Assembly (NCBI GenBank): GCA_902573735.1
Contig: CACGLH010000006.1
Coordinates: 13,282-77,281, forward strand
Length of the DNA stretch: 64,000 bases
Reading direction: 5' to 3'
DNA from: an uncultured Alphaproteobacteria bacterium
Lineage (GTDB): Bacteria > Pseudomonadota > Alphaproteobacteria > Rhodobacterales > Rhodobacteraceae
Within the stretch, counting starts at the first letter, position 1; each line of letters begins with the position of its first letter. The notes below the pieces were generated by a model. The model had not been told where the DNA came from and searched no databases. It was given only the letters and a program-made list of their open reading frames with translations. Position numbers and translations under genes: made by a program. Positions 42,485 through 52,943 of this stretch are shown here, piece after piece.

Positions 42485-45274
42485 ATGAGCTTATATAATG
42501 CTTATTTGAATGAAATTTCAGAAAGAAAGAAAATTGGATTGTCTCCTAAACCTATTGATAGTGGAGATCTAACAAGCGAAATTGTTTCTAAAGTAAAGAA
42601 TAAAAAAAACAAGGAAAGAGATAATGCTTTAAATTTATTAATATATAATACCCTTCCTGGAACAACGTCTGCTGCTAGAGTAAAAGCAGATTTCTTAAAG
42701 GAAATCATAACAGGTAAAATTCAAATAGAAGAAATCACCCAAACCTTTGCACTTGAACTTCTTTCACACATGAAGGGAGGTCCATCTATAGAAGTTCTTT
42801 TAGATCTTTCACTTGGAGAAAACAAGAAAACTGCAAAAAAATCAGCTCAAATCTTGAAGTCCCAAATTTTTCTTTATGAACATGATACTAATAGATTAAT
42901 AGAAGCATACAAAAGTGGTAATGAAATAGCCAAGGAATTATTGATAAGCTATTCAAATGCTGAATTTTTTACAAGTTTACCCAATGTAGAGGAGGAATTA
43001 AAAATTGTTACCTATGTTGCTGCAGAAGGCGACATCTCTACAGATTTACTTTCCCCAGGTAACCAGGCTCACTCTAGATCTGACAGGGAATTACACGGTC
43101 AATGTTTTATTTCAAAAACTGCTCAAGATGAAATAAATAAACTTAAAGAGCTTCATCCTGATAAGAGGATCATGATAGTGGCAGAAAAGGGAACAATGGG
43201 TGTTGGTTCCTCTAGGATGTCTGGTATTAATAATGTAGCTCTTTGGACTGGAAAAGAATCTAGTCCATATATACCTTTTGTTAACTATTTTCCAATTGTT
43301 GCTGGGACAAATGGAATTTCACCAATATTTATGACAACAGTTGGGGTAACTGGAGGAATAGGAATTGACTTAAAAAATTGGAAAAAGAAACGAGATAATA
43401 ACGGAAATGTTATCTTAAACAATGATGGGGAACCTATTCTTGAGCAGTCTTACAGTGTAGATACTGGAACAGTTTTAGTCATAAACACAAAGAAGAAAAA
43501 ACTTTATGGTGAAGATGGTAAAGAATTAGTAGACATCTCCTCATCTTTTACTCCACAAAAAATGGAATTCATAAGAGCTGGAAGCTCTTATTCGATTATT
43601 TTTGGAAAAAAATTACAAAGCCTTGCTTCTAAGGTTCTTGGTATAAATAATAAAATTACATTTGCTCAATCAAAAATGAAACTTGCGGATGGAAAAGGGT
43701 TAACAGCTGTTGAAAAAATCTTTAATAAAAATGCAATAGATATACCACAAAATATTGTTTTACTGAGCGGTTCTGACGTAAGGGTTAAAGTTAACATTAT
43801 TGGTTCTCAGGATACAACAGGTCTTATGACTTCCCAAGAACTGGAGGCTATGGCAGCTACAAAAATATCAGACTCTGTTGATGGTGCTTATCAATCAGGT
43901 TGTCATACTGCTTCTGTTTGGGATATAAAGGCTCAGAATAATATCCCCAAACTTATGAAATTTATGAACGATTTTGGTTTAATTACTGGCCGAGATCCAA
44001 AAGAAAAATATCATCCTATGACTGATGTTATCCATAAAGTATTAAATGACCTAACAGTAGACGATTGGTCTATAATAATTGGAGGTGATTCTCATACCAG
44101 GATGTCAAAGGGAATTGCTTTTGGAGCAGACTCTGGAACAGTTGCTCTTGCACTTGCAACCGGTGAAGTATCAATGGTGATACCTGAAACAGTTAAAGTT
44201 ACCTTTAATGGTATGTTAAAAAATCATATTGATTTCAGAGATGTTGTACACTCTACTCAAGCTCAAATGTTAGATCAATTTGGTGAAAATGTTTTTCAAG
44301 GAAGAGTAATAGAAGTACACATAGGAACTTTGCTAGCAGATCAAGCTTTTACCTTTACTGATTGGACAGCTGAAATGAAGGCTAAAGCATCGATTTGCAT
44401 TTCTAGTGATGAAACCTTGATAAAATCTCTTGAAATTTCAAAAAAACGAATTCTTCTAATGATAAATAAAGGAATGGATAACGAGGATAAGACACTTCAT
44501 AAATTAATAAAAATAGCTGAAAAAAGAATTCAAGAAATTAAATCTGGTAAAATGCCAGCAATCTCACCTGATAAAGACGCAAAATATTTTGCAGAAGTTG
44601 TAGTTGATCTAGATATCATAGACGAACCTATGATAGCTGATCCAGACGTTAATAATATTGATATATCTAAAAGGTATACACATGATACTATACGACCAAT
44701 TTCCTATTATAAAGCTAACAAAAAAGTAGATTTAGGTTTTGTTGGTTCTTGTATGGTTCATAAGGGTGACATAAAAATAGTTGCTAAAATGTTAAAAAAC
44801 CTAGAGGAAAAAACAGGAACAGTAAAGTTTAAGGCTCCATTAATAGTAGCCGCTCCAACCTACAATATTATAGATGAACTAAAGGATGATGGTGATTGGG
44901 ATGTTTTACAGAAATACTCTGGATTTGAGTTTAATGATAATAACCCAAAAAATACTGCAAGAAAAAATTATAAGAATATTTTATACTTAGAAAGGCCAGG
45001 TTGCAATCTGTGTATGGGGAATCAAGAAAAAGCCGCTAAAGGTGACACCGTGCTAGCTACATCTACTAGATTGTTTAAGGGAAGAGTAGTTGAAGACTCA
45101 GAAAACAAAAAAGGCGAATCTTTACTTGCTTCTACTCCTGTAGTTGTTTTATCTGCTATTTTGGGAAGAACACCTACTATAGAAGAATATAAATCTGCAG
45201 TAGAAAATATTGATCTCACTAAATTTACACCATTAAATCAGATAAAAAATAATGGATTATCTTTGCACTTCTAA
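42485..45274 (+). CDS. acnB: Aconitate hydratase B (bifunctional aconitase 2/2-methylisocitrate dehydratase, long variant)
   Basis: N-terminal HEAT-like Y..EI.ER...GL.PKP, TD.LSP, GSSR.S, SQDTTG, GGDSHTR, GSCM, GCNLCMGNQ, TSTR.F. Confidence 0.94.
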   Translation: MSLYNAYLNEISERKKIGLSPKPIDSGDLTSEIVSKVKNKKNKERDNALNLLIYNTLPGTTSAARVKADFLKEIITGKIQIEEITQTFALELLSHMKGGPSIEVLLDLSLGENKKTAKKSAQILKSQIFLYEHDTNRLIEAYKSGNEIAKELLISYSNAEFFTSLPNVEEELKIVTYVAAEGDISTDLLSPGNQAHSRSDRELHGQCFISKTAQDEINKLKELHPDKRIMIVAEKGTMGVGSSRMSGINNVALWTGKESSPYIPFVNYFPIVAGTNGISPIFMTTVGVTGGIGIDLKNWKKKRDNNGNVILNNDGEPILEQSYSVDTGTVLVINTKKKKLYGEDGKELVDISSSFTPQKMEFIRAGSSYSIIFGKKLQSLASKVLGINNKITFAQSKMKLADGKGLTAVEKIFNKNAIDIPQNIVLLSGSDVRVKVNIIGSQDTTGLMTSQELEAMAATKISDSVDGAYQSGCHTASVWDIKAQNNIPKLMKFMNDFGLITGRDPKEKYHPMTDVIHKVLNDLTVDDWSIIIGGDSHTRMSKGIAFGADSGTVALALATGEVSMVIPETVKVTFNGMLKNHIDFRDVVHSTQAQMLDQFGENVFQGRVIEVHIGTLLADQAFTFTDWTAEMKAKASICISSDETLIKSLEISKKRILLMINKGMDNEDKTLHKLIKIAEKRIQEIKSGKMPAISPDKDAKYFAEVVVDLDIIDEPMIADPDVNNIDISKRYTHDTIRPISYYKANKKVDLGFVGSCMVHKGDIKIVAKMLKNLEEKTGTVKFKAPLIVAAPTYNIIDELKDDGDWDVLQKYSGFEFNDNNPKNTARKNYKNILYLERPGCNLCMGNQEKAAKGDTVLATSTRLFKGRVVEDSENKKGESLLASTPVVVLSAILGRTPTIEEYKSAVENIDLTKFTPLNQIKNNGLSLHF

Positions 45275-45523
45275 ATTAAGAAAGTAAATCAATCACACTT
45301 TCGATTTTTTATTGAGTTAACCTAAACTACTTAAGGATTTATAAAAATTTGGTTGAAATTATTTTTATTAAATTAATTAAATTTAATTTGTTGGTAGTTG
45401 TTGATATTTATGAGTGGTAAGGTATATTTATAAAATACTTCATTATTGTAAAAGTGATTATTACAAAAAGATGAAAAAAAATAATATATTGTAAAAAATT
45501 AAACATCTCCAAAGAAAATAAAT

Positions 45524-46303
45524 ATGCAATACTTCCAAAAATATTATATAGAGGTAAGTTGGCTATTTTTTTACTTAGTAATAATCATCAGTTGGATCTT
45601 AATATTTTTAATGATACTAGCCTCAGATAATGAAGCAAGTATTGAAAATTTCTATGGATCAGAATTTCTATCTACGTTATGTCAACCCATAAATAAAATG
45701 AGTGATTGGCCCTATGCGTTCCTTATGTGGTCTTTAATGGGTATAGCAATGATGGTTCCCACAATACAACCCACATTAAAAACTTTTGATGATTTGAGTA
45801 ACTTACATTATGTATCGAACTTCGGATTTGTCTCGCTTTTATTTGGATTTATCGTAGTTTGGATCATCTTCTCTGGTGTCGCATCTTTATTACAAATTTA
45901 TTTAACACAATTAAGTTTGGTAAAATCTGACGGTATTTTTATACATTTTATTCCCTCTGTTACTTTACTTTTTCTTGCAGCCATTTATCAATTTTCTGAT
46001 CTAAAAAAAGCTTGTTTACATAGATGCAGGCATCCACTTTTATTTTTTTTAAATGATTGGAATGGTAGTTTTGTAGCTTCTTTTATTGTTGGTTTAAGAG
46101 TTGGTTTATATTGTTTAGGTTGCTGTTGGCTTCTTATGATGCTTGCATTTGTAGGTGGAGTGATGAATTTGGGTTTTATGGGTTTAGCAACATTAGTCAT
46201 GATAGCTGAAAAACTTCCAGATTATGGACGTTACGTAACTTTGCCATTATCTCTTTTACTTTTGATTTCTGGATCAATAGTTGTTATATCGAATTTAATT
46301 TAG
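45524..46303 (+). CDS. DUF2182 predicted metal-binding integral membrane protein
   Basis: MW.LM..AMM.P, YQFS.LK..CL..CR.P, G.YCLGCCW.LM, GG.MN, EK. Confidence 0.88.
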   Translation: MQYFQKYYIEVSWLFFYLVIIISWILIFLMILASDNEASIENFYGSEFLSTLCQPINKMSDWPYAFLMWSLMGIAMMVPTIQPTLKTFDDLSNLHYVSNFGFVSLLFGFIVVWIIFSGVASLLQIYLTQLSLVKSDGIFIHFIPSVTLLFLAAIYQFSDLKKACLHRCRHPLLFFLNDWNGSFVASFIVGLRVGLYCLGCCWLLMMLAFVGGVMNLGFMGLATLVMIAEKLPDYGRYVTLPLSLLLLISGSIVVISNLI

Positions 46304-46316
46304 AAGGAAATTATAA

Positions 46317-46952
46317 ATGAAGCCAGTATTAACAGCCTTTTTAAAAAAGTGGAAAATAAAGGGAGAATTAATATTAAATTGTAATTGCACTGTATTTTGT
46401 CCGTGTGTTGTTAGTTTAGGGAAACATCCTCCTACAGAAGGATTTTGCCAAGCTTGGGCTGGTATAAGAATTGATGAGGGATTCTATGACAAATATGACT
46501 TATCAGGTATCAATGTAGCAATGATGTTAGAAATTCCTGGTAGAATGGCCAGAGGTAACTGGAAGGCTGCAGTATTTATTGATGAAAATGCTAGTACGGA
46601 AGCTTACGATGGATTAGTTAAAATATTAAGTGGGCAAGCTAGGGGTACTACTGGACTATTTACAAAATTAGTAAGTGAAATTATGGGTGTTGAAAGTGCT
46701 GCTATTTCATATACTACAGAGGGTAAAACAAGACATTTAACTGTTGGCAATAAGATACAAGGTTCAATTACTCCTATAGTTGGTAATGATCCTAATGAAG
46801 AGGTCATGGTTAAAAATACAAGATACTGGATGGGTTCTGATATAACAGTATCTGCTGCAGATAAGGGAAGAGTAAGAGCTTTTGGCAGAGTATGGGATTT
46901 TAAAGGCTTGAGTTCAGAAATTTGCCAAATTGACTGGCACGGGCCTAACTAA
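46317..46952 (+). CDS. DUF1326 Cys-rich protein
   Basis: W...G....CNC...CPC.......PT.G.C N-terminal five-Cys cluster, PG.M..GNW, IDE.A. Confidence 0.88.
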   Translation: MKPVLTAFLKKWKIKGELILNCNCTVFCPCVVSLGKHPPTEGFCQAWAGIRIDEGFYDKYDLSGINVAMMLEIPGRMARGNWKAAVFIDENASTEAYDGLVKILSGQARGTTGLFTKLVSEIMGVESAAISYTTEGKTRHLTVGNKIQGSITPIVGNDPNEEVMVKNTRYWMGSDITVSAADKGRVRAFGRVWDFKGLSSEICQIDWHGPN

Positions 46953-46986
46953 AATTTGAGTAAATAAATTAAATAAGGAGAAGAAA

Positions 46987-48228
46987 TTGGCTGAAAAAGA
47001 AGTTTATGAGTTAGGTGATAAACCGCAATTAGGTGTAGTTCCAAAGAAAATGCATGCTTTTTTAGTAAGACAAGATAGATTTGGAGCTCCAAAAGATGCT
47101 TGGAAAAGAGAAATAATAGATGTTCCAACTCTAGGACCAAAAGATGTTTTAGTTTATGTTATGGCAACTGGAATAAATTATAACAACGTCTGGGCTGCTC
47201 TAGGTTATCCTATAGATGTTATAGCAATTAGACAAAAAAAGGGAGAGCCAGAAGATTTTCATGCGGGTGGTTCTGATGCATCTGGAATTGTTTGGGCCAT
47301 TGGTAGTGAGGTAAGTAATGTAAAAGTTGGAGAAGAAGTTGTTATTCATTCGGGAACTTGGGCTCCTGATGATCCTTGGGTTGTTTCGGGGAAAGATCCT
47401 ATGCTTGCACCCAGTGTAAAAGTATGGGGATATGAAACAAATTATGGGTCTTATTGCCAATTTGCTAAGGCACAATCTCATCAAATATTAAAAAAGCCAC
47501 AACATTTAACTTGGGAAGAGTCTGCCTGTTATATGCTATGTGCCTCAACAGCTTATCGTCAATTAATGGGATGGACTGGGCATACTGTTGAAAAAGACGA
47601 TGTCGTTTTAGTCTGGGGTGCAGCTGGAGGTCTTGGTGCTTTGGCTCTTCAAATTGTTGCTGCTTTGGGCGGTAAACCGGTTGCAGTTATTTCAAGTGAA
47701 GATAAAAGACAATTTTGCTTAGATAAGGGTGCTGTTGGAGTGATTAATCGAAATAATTTTGATCATTGGGGTGTTTTACCAGATACGGACTCTGCAGATT
47801 TTAAAAATTGGGTTTCAGGAGCTAGGGCTTTTGGAAAAGCTATTTGGGATATTATAGGTGAACGTAAAAACCCTAGAATAGTTTTCGAACATCCAGGAGA
47901 AGCTACATTGCCTACTTCATGCTACGTTTGTGATTTAGGTGGAATGGTTGTTATCTGTGCTGGCACAACTGGTTACAATGTTTCTTTAGATCTAAGGTAT
48001 CATTGGATGCAACAAAAAAGACTTCAAGGTTCACATGTAGCTAATGATGAACAATCTAGGGCAGTCAATGAATTAGTAATAGCAAAAAAAGTTGATCCAT
48101 GTTTGTCTGAAACTTATAGTTTTGATCAAATAGGACATGCACATCAATTAATGCATGATAATAAACATCCTCATGGGAATATGGCTTGTCTGGTAAATTC
48201 GTTATCTAAAGGGCAAGGACGTTCTTAA
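46987..48228 (+). CDS. ccr: Crotonyl-CoA carboxylase/reductase
   Basis: [55 protein letters not shown] start after AAGGAG. Confidence 0.92.
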   Translation: MAEKEVYELGDKPQLGVVPKKMHAFLVRQDRFGAPKDAWKREIIDVPTLGPKDVLVYVMATGINYNNVWAALGYPIDVIAIRQKKGEPEDFHAGGSDASGIVWAIGSEVSNVKVGEEVVIHSGTWAPDDPWVVSGKDPMLAPSVKVWGYETNYGSYCQFAKAQSHQILKKPQHLTWEESACYMLCASTAYRQLMGWTGHTVEKDDVVLVWGAAGGLGALALQIVAALGGKPVAVISSEDKRQFCLDKGAVGVINRNNFDHWGVLPDTDSADFKNWVSGARAFGKAIWDIIGERKNPRIVFEHPGEATLPTSCYVCDLGGMVVICAGTTGYNVSLDLRYHWMQQKRLQGSHVANDEQSRAVNELVIAKKVDPCLSETYSFDQIGHAHQLMHDNKHPHGNMACLVNSLSKGQGRS

Positions 48229-48300
48229 GGTTTTGAAAACTTTTATTGAATTTTTATTTATACATAAAATTGAATACACCTTTAGTGAAAGATTTTTCTA

Positions 48301-49539
48301 TTGAATAGGTTAGATGTTGATTTTGTAAGAAAACAATTTCCCAGTTTTCAATTTGAGGAGGTAGTAGGCAATGGCTTCTTCGAAAATGCGGGCGGTAGTT
48401 TTATGTCTAAGCAAGTAATTGAACGACTTGGTAGATATCATAATCAGAGAAGAGTTCAACCTTATTGGGTATTTAATTCGTCAAAGTTAGCTGGTGAAGA
48501 AATGGATGAATCCAGATCAAGAATGGCTGCTTTATTGAATGTCAGTAATAGTAGTCTACATTTTGGTCCTTCAACTAGTCAAAATACCTATGTTTTAGCA
48601 AATGCCTTCAAAGATCTCCAAACTGATAGAAAAGTCATTATAGTAACCAATCAGGATCATGAAGCAAATTCTGGAGTTTGGCGAAGATTAAAAAATTTTG
48701 GATATACTGTAAAAGAATGGAAGGTTAGAAAAAATACAGGATCTTTGGTTTTAGATGATTTAATAAAAATTTTGGATAAAGATGTTTGTTTGGTTACTTT
48801 CCCTCATTGTTCAAACATCATAGGTGAAATTAATCCTGTTGAGAAAATATGTGAATTATCAAAAGAAAACGGTTCTTATACTTGTGTAGATGGAGTTAGT
48901 TATGTTCCTCATTCATTTCCTAATATTAAAAAAATTGGATGTGATATTTACATGTTTTCAACTTACAAAACTTATGGACCTCATTTAGGTATAATGTATG
49001 TTGATGAAAATTTAAATAAGTTGTTACCAGTGCAAGGACACTATTTTAATGCTGAAGACCCAACTAAAACTCTAACACCAGCTGGTCCTGATCATGCGCA
49101 AATTGCATCCGTTGCTGGAATAGTTGATTACATTGAAGAAATTGATAGGCATCATTTTAAAGATAATGAGGAAATAGCTACTCATTTAAAAGCAGAAAGA
49201 ATAGGTAAATTACAGCGTGAGGCTGAAAGTGAAATTCTATTGCCTCTTTTAAATTTTTTAAAACAAAAAAAAGGAGTTAAAATTTTAGGTAATATGGATC
49301 TTTCTATAGACAAGAAAGTTCCAACTATTTCAATTGATGTCAAAGGTGATGTAGATAGAGTAGTTCAACAATTAAATAAGAAAGGACTAATGGCTGGGTC
49401 AGGTGATTTCTATGCTGTAAGATTACTTGAAACGTTAGGTATTGAATTACCTGCGGGTGTGCTTAGATTAAGCTTTGTCCATTATACGAAATCTAAAGAA
49501 ATAGACTCATTAATAGAAGCATTAGACCAAATATTATAA
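48301..49539 (+). CDS. Class V PLP-dependent enzyme, cysteine desulfurase-like
   Basis: FENAGGS, DHEAN, SN..G, VDGV, FSTYK PLP lysine, R.SFVHY; no persulfide Cys in the loop (GDFYA). Confidence 0.88.
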   Translation: MNRLDVDFVRKQFPSFQFEEVVGNGFFENAGGSFMSKQVIERLGRYHNQRRVQPYWVFNSSKLAGEEMDESRSRMAALLNVSNSSLHFGPSTSQNTYVLANAFKDLQTDRKVIIVTNQDHEANSGVWRRLKNFGYTVKEWKVRKNTGSLVLDDLIKILDKDVCLVTFPHCSNIIGEINPVEKICELSKENGSYTCVDGVSYVPHSFPNIKKIGCDIYMFSTYKTYGPHLGIMYVDENLNKLLPVQGHYFNAEDPTKTLTPAGPDHAQIASVAGIVDYIEEIDRHHFKDNEEIATHLKAERIGKLQREAESEILLPLLNFLKQKKGVKILGNMDLSIDKKVPTISIDVKGDVDRVVQQLNKKGLMAGSGDFYAVRLLETLGIELPAGVLRLSFVHYTKSKEIDSLIEALDQIL

Positions 49540-49640
49540 TATTTCATATATTGTTTAAATCAGAGAAAATTTAAAATGTTGAATTTTATAATAATTAAAA
49601 TACTAACCAAAACATTAATTTAACATTTTACGAATAATAT

Positions 49641-50921
49641 ATGAAAAGCCAAAAAATTGCAGTAATTGGAGCGGGTATTTCTGGGCTTGGTTCAGCATTA
49701 ATACTTAGTGAAAATCATGAGGTATATCTTTTTGAGAAAGAAAATAGATTTGGTGGTCACTCAAATACAATAACAATAAATAAAGAAGATAAACAATTCA
49801 AAGTTGATACAGGTTTCATTGTTTATAATGACAATAACTATCCATACTTTTCCAGATTATTATCATACTTAAAAATTAAAACCATCTGGTCAGATATGTC
49901 TCTTGGTTTTTCATTTAATAATAAGAATTTTGAATATGCGTGTGATAATTTAAATAAACTTTTTGCTCAGCGTAAAAATTTCTTTAATTATGGATATATA
50001 AAATGTTTAATTCAAATTTTAAGGTTTAATAAAGAAGCGCCATTACAACTTGGCAGAGGTGATCTGAAAGGATTAACCCTTAATAAGTTTCTTGTGCAAA
50101 ATAATTATAGTAAGTTTTTTATTGATCATCTTATACTTCCAATGGCGGGTGCTATTTGGTCAACAAGTCTTTACGATATTTTAGATTTTCCTGCTGATAA
50201 GTTTGTAAACTTCTTCATAAATCATGATTTAATGACTGGTCTGAAGCCAGCCCAAAAATGGAGAACTATTGCAAACGGTTCGGAGCAATACGTTAACAAA
50301 ATTATTAACAATGTAAGAATAAAATCAAAGCTTAATGCCAATGTAATAAAAGTCGAAAGGTATCAAAATAAATGCTTGATCCATTTTTCTCAAGGTCAGA
50401 GGGAAGAATTTGATCAAGTAGTTTTTGCAATATCTCCAACAATAATTAAAAATATTCTTAGTAATCAAACACCATCTGAAAGTAAAATTCTTTCAAAATT
50501 TAAAATTTCAAAAAATAAAGCTGTATTACATTCAGATCTCAAAGTAATGCCAAGACTTAAAAAAGTATGGTCAAGTTGGAATTTCGTAAATAGTGGACTG
50601 AATGATTTTAAAGAAGATCCTCCAGGTGTAATTTATTGGATGAATAGATTACAGAATATCAATAAAGATTACCCTTTTTTTGTATCACTGAATCCAAAGA
50701 ACGATATTGACGAAAAAAAAATTTATTATGAAACTGATTACACTCATCCTCTTTTTGACATAGAGACGGTAGGGGCTCAAATAGAAATTAATAAAATTCA
50801 GGGAAAAAATGGGGTTTGGTTTGCGGGTGCTTGGTTAGGAAATGGTTTTCATGAGGATGGTTTTGAATCTGCAATAAACATTTCAAAAAAATTTAATAGT
50901 TTACCAGAATGGCTAAAATAG
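49641..50921 (+). CDS. FAD/NAD-binding oxidoreductase, COG2907 (UfaD-like fatty acid desaturase)
   Basis: GAGISG, RFGGH..T, VDTGFIVYN..NYP, PMAGAIWS, WSSWN, YWMNRLQ, GAW.G.GFHEDG. Confidence 0.88.
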   Translation: MKSQKIAVIGAGISGLGSALILSENHEVYLFEKENRFGGHSNTITINKEDKQFKVDTGFIVYNDNNYPYFSRLLSYLKIKTIWSDMSLGFSFNNKNFEYACDNLNKLFAQRKNFFNYGYIKCLIQILRFNKEAPLQLGRGDLKGLTLNKFLVQNNYSKFFIDHLILPMAGAIWSTSLYDILDFPADKFVNFFINHDLMTGLKPAQKWRTIANGSEQYVNKIINNVRIKSKLNANVIKVERYQNKCLIHFSQGQREEFDQVVFAISPTIIKNILSNQTPSESKILSKFKISKNKAVLHSDLKVMPRLKKVWSSWNFVNSGLNDFKEDPPGVIYWMNRLQNINKDYPFFVSLNPKNDIDEKKIYYETDYTHPLFDIETVGAQIEINKIQGKNGVWFAGAWLGNGFHEDGFESAINISKKFNSLPEWLK

Positions 50922-50958
50922 TATTAAATATTAAAATTATAATTTTTAGATCTATGTC

Positions 50959-51729
50959 ATGAAAAATTGTATTTATGTTGGAAATATTATGCATATGAGA
51001 TTAGTTCCGAAAAAGCATAAATTCAATTATAGAGTTTTCAGTTTATTTTTAGATTTGGATTTTATAGACAATAAGAATAATCACTTTAAATTGTTAAAAT
51101 TAAATAAGTTTGGTTTAATATCTTTTTTTAATAAAGATCATGGAAGTAGGACTAAAAATAAATTAAAGCCCTGGGTTAATTCATTACTTATTAAAAATAA
51201 CCTTCCGAAGGCTAGTAAAATATTTTTATTAAGTTTTCCAAGGATCATGGGTTTAGGGTTTAATCCTTTATCAGTTTATTTTTGTTATGATAAAAACATT
51301 TTAAAATCTATTATTTATGAAGTAAAAAATACGTTTGGCGATCAAGTTCCTTATGTTTTTGAAGCTAAAATTGATAAGGATGGAGCTATTAGACATTCCC
51401 AAAAAAAAGAAATGTATGTATCCCCTTTTATTGATATGAAACAGAATTATCATTTTTCAATATATCCACCTAATAAAAGAATAGCGATACGTATAAAAGA
51501 GGAAGGAGGAGATGGTGACATTTTGATAGCTACACAAAATGGAGTTTATAAAGAGCTAACTGATTTTAATTTACTTTTAACTTTAATAACTCACCCTCTT
51601 ATGGGTATTAAAGTAATTCTTGCAATTCATTGGCATGCACTTAGATTATTTCTAAAGGGTATACGATTTCATTCTTACACTGAGTGGGTAAGCAACAAAT
51701 ATGGATTAAAAAAGGGGGGTAATAGGTGA
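50959..51729 (+). CDS. DUF1365 family protein (UfaO-like)
   Basis: H.R..P..H.F.Y, DHG, PR..G..FNPLS.YFC, EV.NTFG, K..YVSPF, IHW.ALRL..KG. Confidence 0.9.
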   Translation: MKNCIYVGNIMHMRLVPKKHKFNYRVFSLFLDLDFIDNKNNHFKLLKLNKFGLISFFNKDHGSRTKNKLKPWVNSLLIKNNLPKASKIFLLSFPRIMGLGFNPLSVYFCYDKNILKSIIYEVKNTFGDQVPYVFEAKIDKDGAIRHSQKKEMYVSPFIDMKQNYHFSIYPPNKRIAIRIKEEGGDGDILIATQNGVYKELTDFNLLLTLITHPLMGIKVILAIHWHALRLFLKGIRFHSYTEWVSNKYGLKKGGNR

Positions 51730-52931
51730 AGGAAGATAATGTAGAGAGTAAAACTAGATTACCAAGATGGTTTAATGGAGTTTCGGTAATTTTAAAAAAT
51801 CTACGTAGAGGTTCGTTAGAAATTATACTTACTGATAAAAGATCTTTTATATTTGAAGGTAAAGAAAAAGGTCCAATGGGTATAATATTTGTAAAAAATA
51901 ATGATTTTTTTTCTAGAATTATACGGGAAGGTGATAATGGTTTTCCAGAATCTTACATGGATGGTTGGTGGGACACTCCTGATTTGTTAGCTGTTCTAGA
52001 TGTGATAATGTTAAATAACAAAGAAATTGGTTATAGTTTTCCAGGTACTTTTTTATTAAGAAATTATGAAAGATTTATGCATTGGTGGAAATCCAATTCA
52101 AAAAAACAGGCCAAAAAAAATATCTTTTATCATTATGATTTAGGTAATGATTTTTACTCGAGATGGCTGGACAAATCTATGACATATTCTTCAGCTCTCT
52201 TTAATTCAGATAATGAGAGTTTGGAGAAAGCTCAAGAAAATAAATATTTTAATATTTGCAAAAATATCAATCCTAAACCTGATGATCATTTGTTGGAGAT
52301 TGGATGTGGTTGGGGAGGATTTATGGAGTATGCAATTAAAAAGTATAAGGTTAATGTTACCGGTATAACTATATCGAAGGCCCAGCATGATTTTACCAAG
52401 AAAAGATTGTTTGAAGCTGGCTTAGCTGATCGAGCTAAAGTAGTCCTTAATGATTACAGAAATCAAAGAGGTCAATTTGATGGAATAGCATCCATAGAAA
52501 TGTTTGAAGCTGTTGGAGAGAAATATTGGCCAATATATTTTAGTACCTTAAAGAATCTCATGAAAACTGGTGCTAGGTCAACATTACAAATAATTACAGT
52601 TGCAGATGAACTATTTCCAAAATATAGAAAAAATGTTGATTTTATTCAAAAATATATTTTTCCTGGTGGGATGTTACCTAGTAAAAAAGTATTAGAAAAA
52701 CAGTTTCTCCAAGTCGGTTTAAAAAATGTGAATCTCAAAAGTTTTGGTTCCAGTTACTCCAAAACCTTAAGACTATGGCACACTAGTTTCAATTCAGTAT
52801 GGGATGATATATCTTCGGTAAAATTTGATGACAGATTCAAGAGAATGTGGAACTTTTACTTAGCATCATGTGCAGCAGTTTTTCATTCAAAGACTGGGGA
52901 TGTAATTCAAGTTACTCTAAAGAAATCATAG
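51726..52931 (+). CDS. Cyclopropane-fatty-acyl-phospholipid synthase family SAM methyltransferase (CfaS/UfaM-like)
   Basis: HYDLGNDFY, MTYSSA, LEIGCGWG, SIEMFEAVG, FIQKYIFPGG.LP, RMW.FYL..C. Confidence 0.92.
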   Translation: MKEDNVESKTRLPRWFNGVSVILKNLRRGSLEIILTDKRSFIFEGKEKGPMGIIFVKNNDFFSRIIREGDNGFPESYMDGWWDTPDLLAVLDVIMLNNKEIGYSFPGTFLLRNYERFMHWWKSNSKKQAKKNIFYHYDLGNDFYSRWLDKSMTYSSALFNSDNESLEKAQENKYFNICKNINPKPDDHLLEIGCGWGGFMEYAIKKYKVNVTGITISKAQHDFTKKRLFEAGLADRAKVVLNDYRNQRGQFDGIASIEMFEAVGEKYWPIYFSTLKNLMKTGARSTLQIITVADELFPKYRKNVDFIQKYIFPGGMLPSKKVLEKQFLQVGLKNVNLKSFGSSYSKTLRLWHTSFNSVWDDISSVKFDDRFKRMWNFYLASCAAVFHSKTGDVIQVTLKKS

Positions 52932-52943
52932 TGTGAAATTTTC

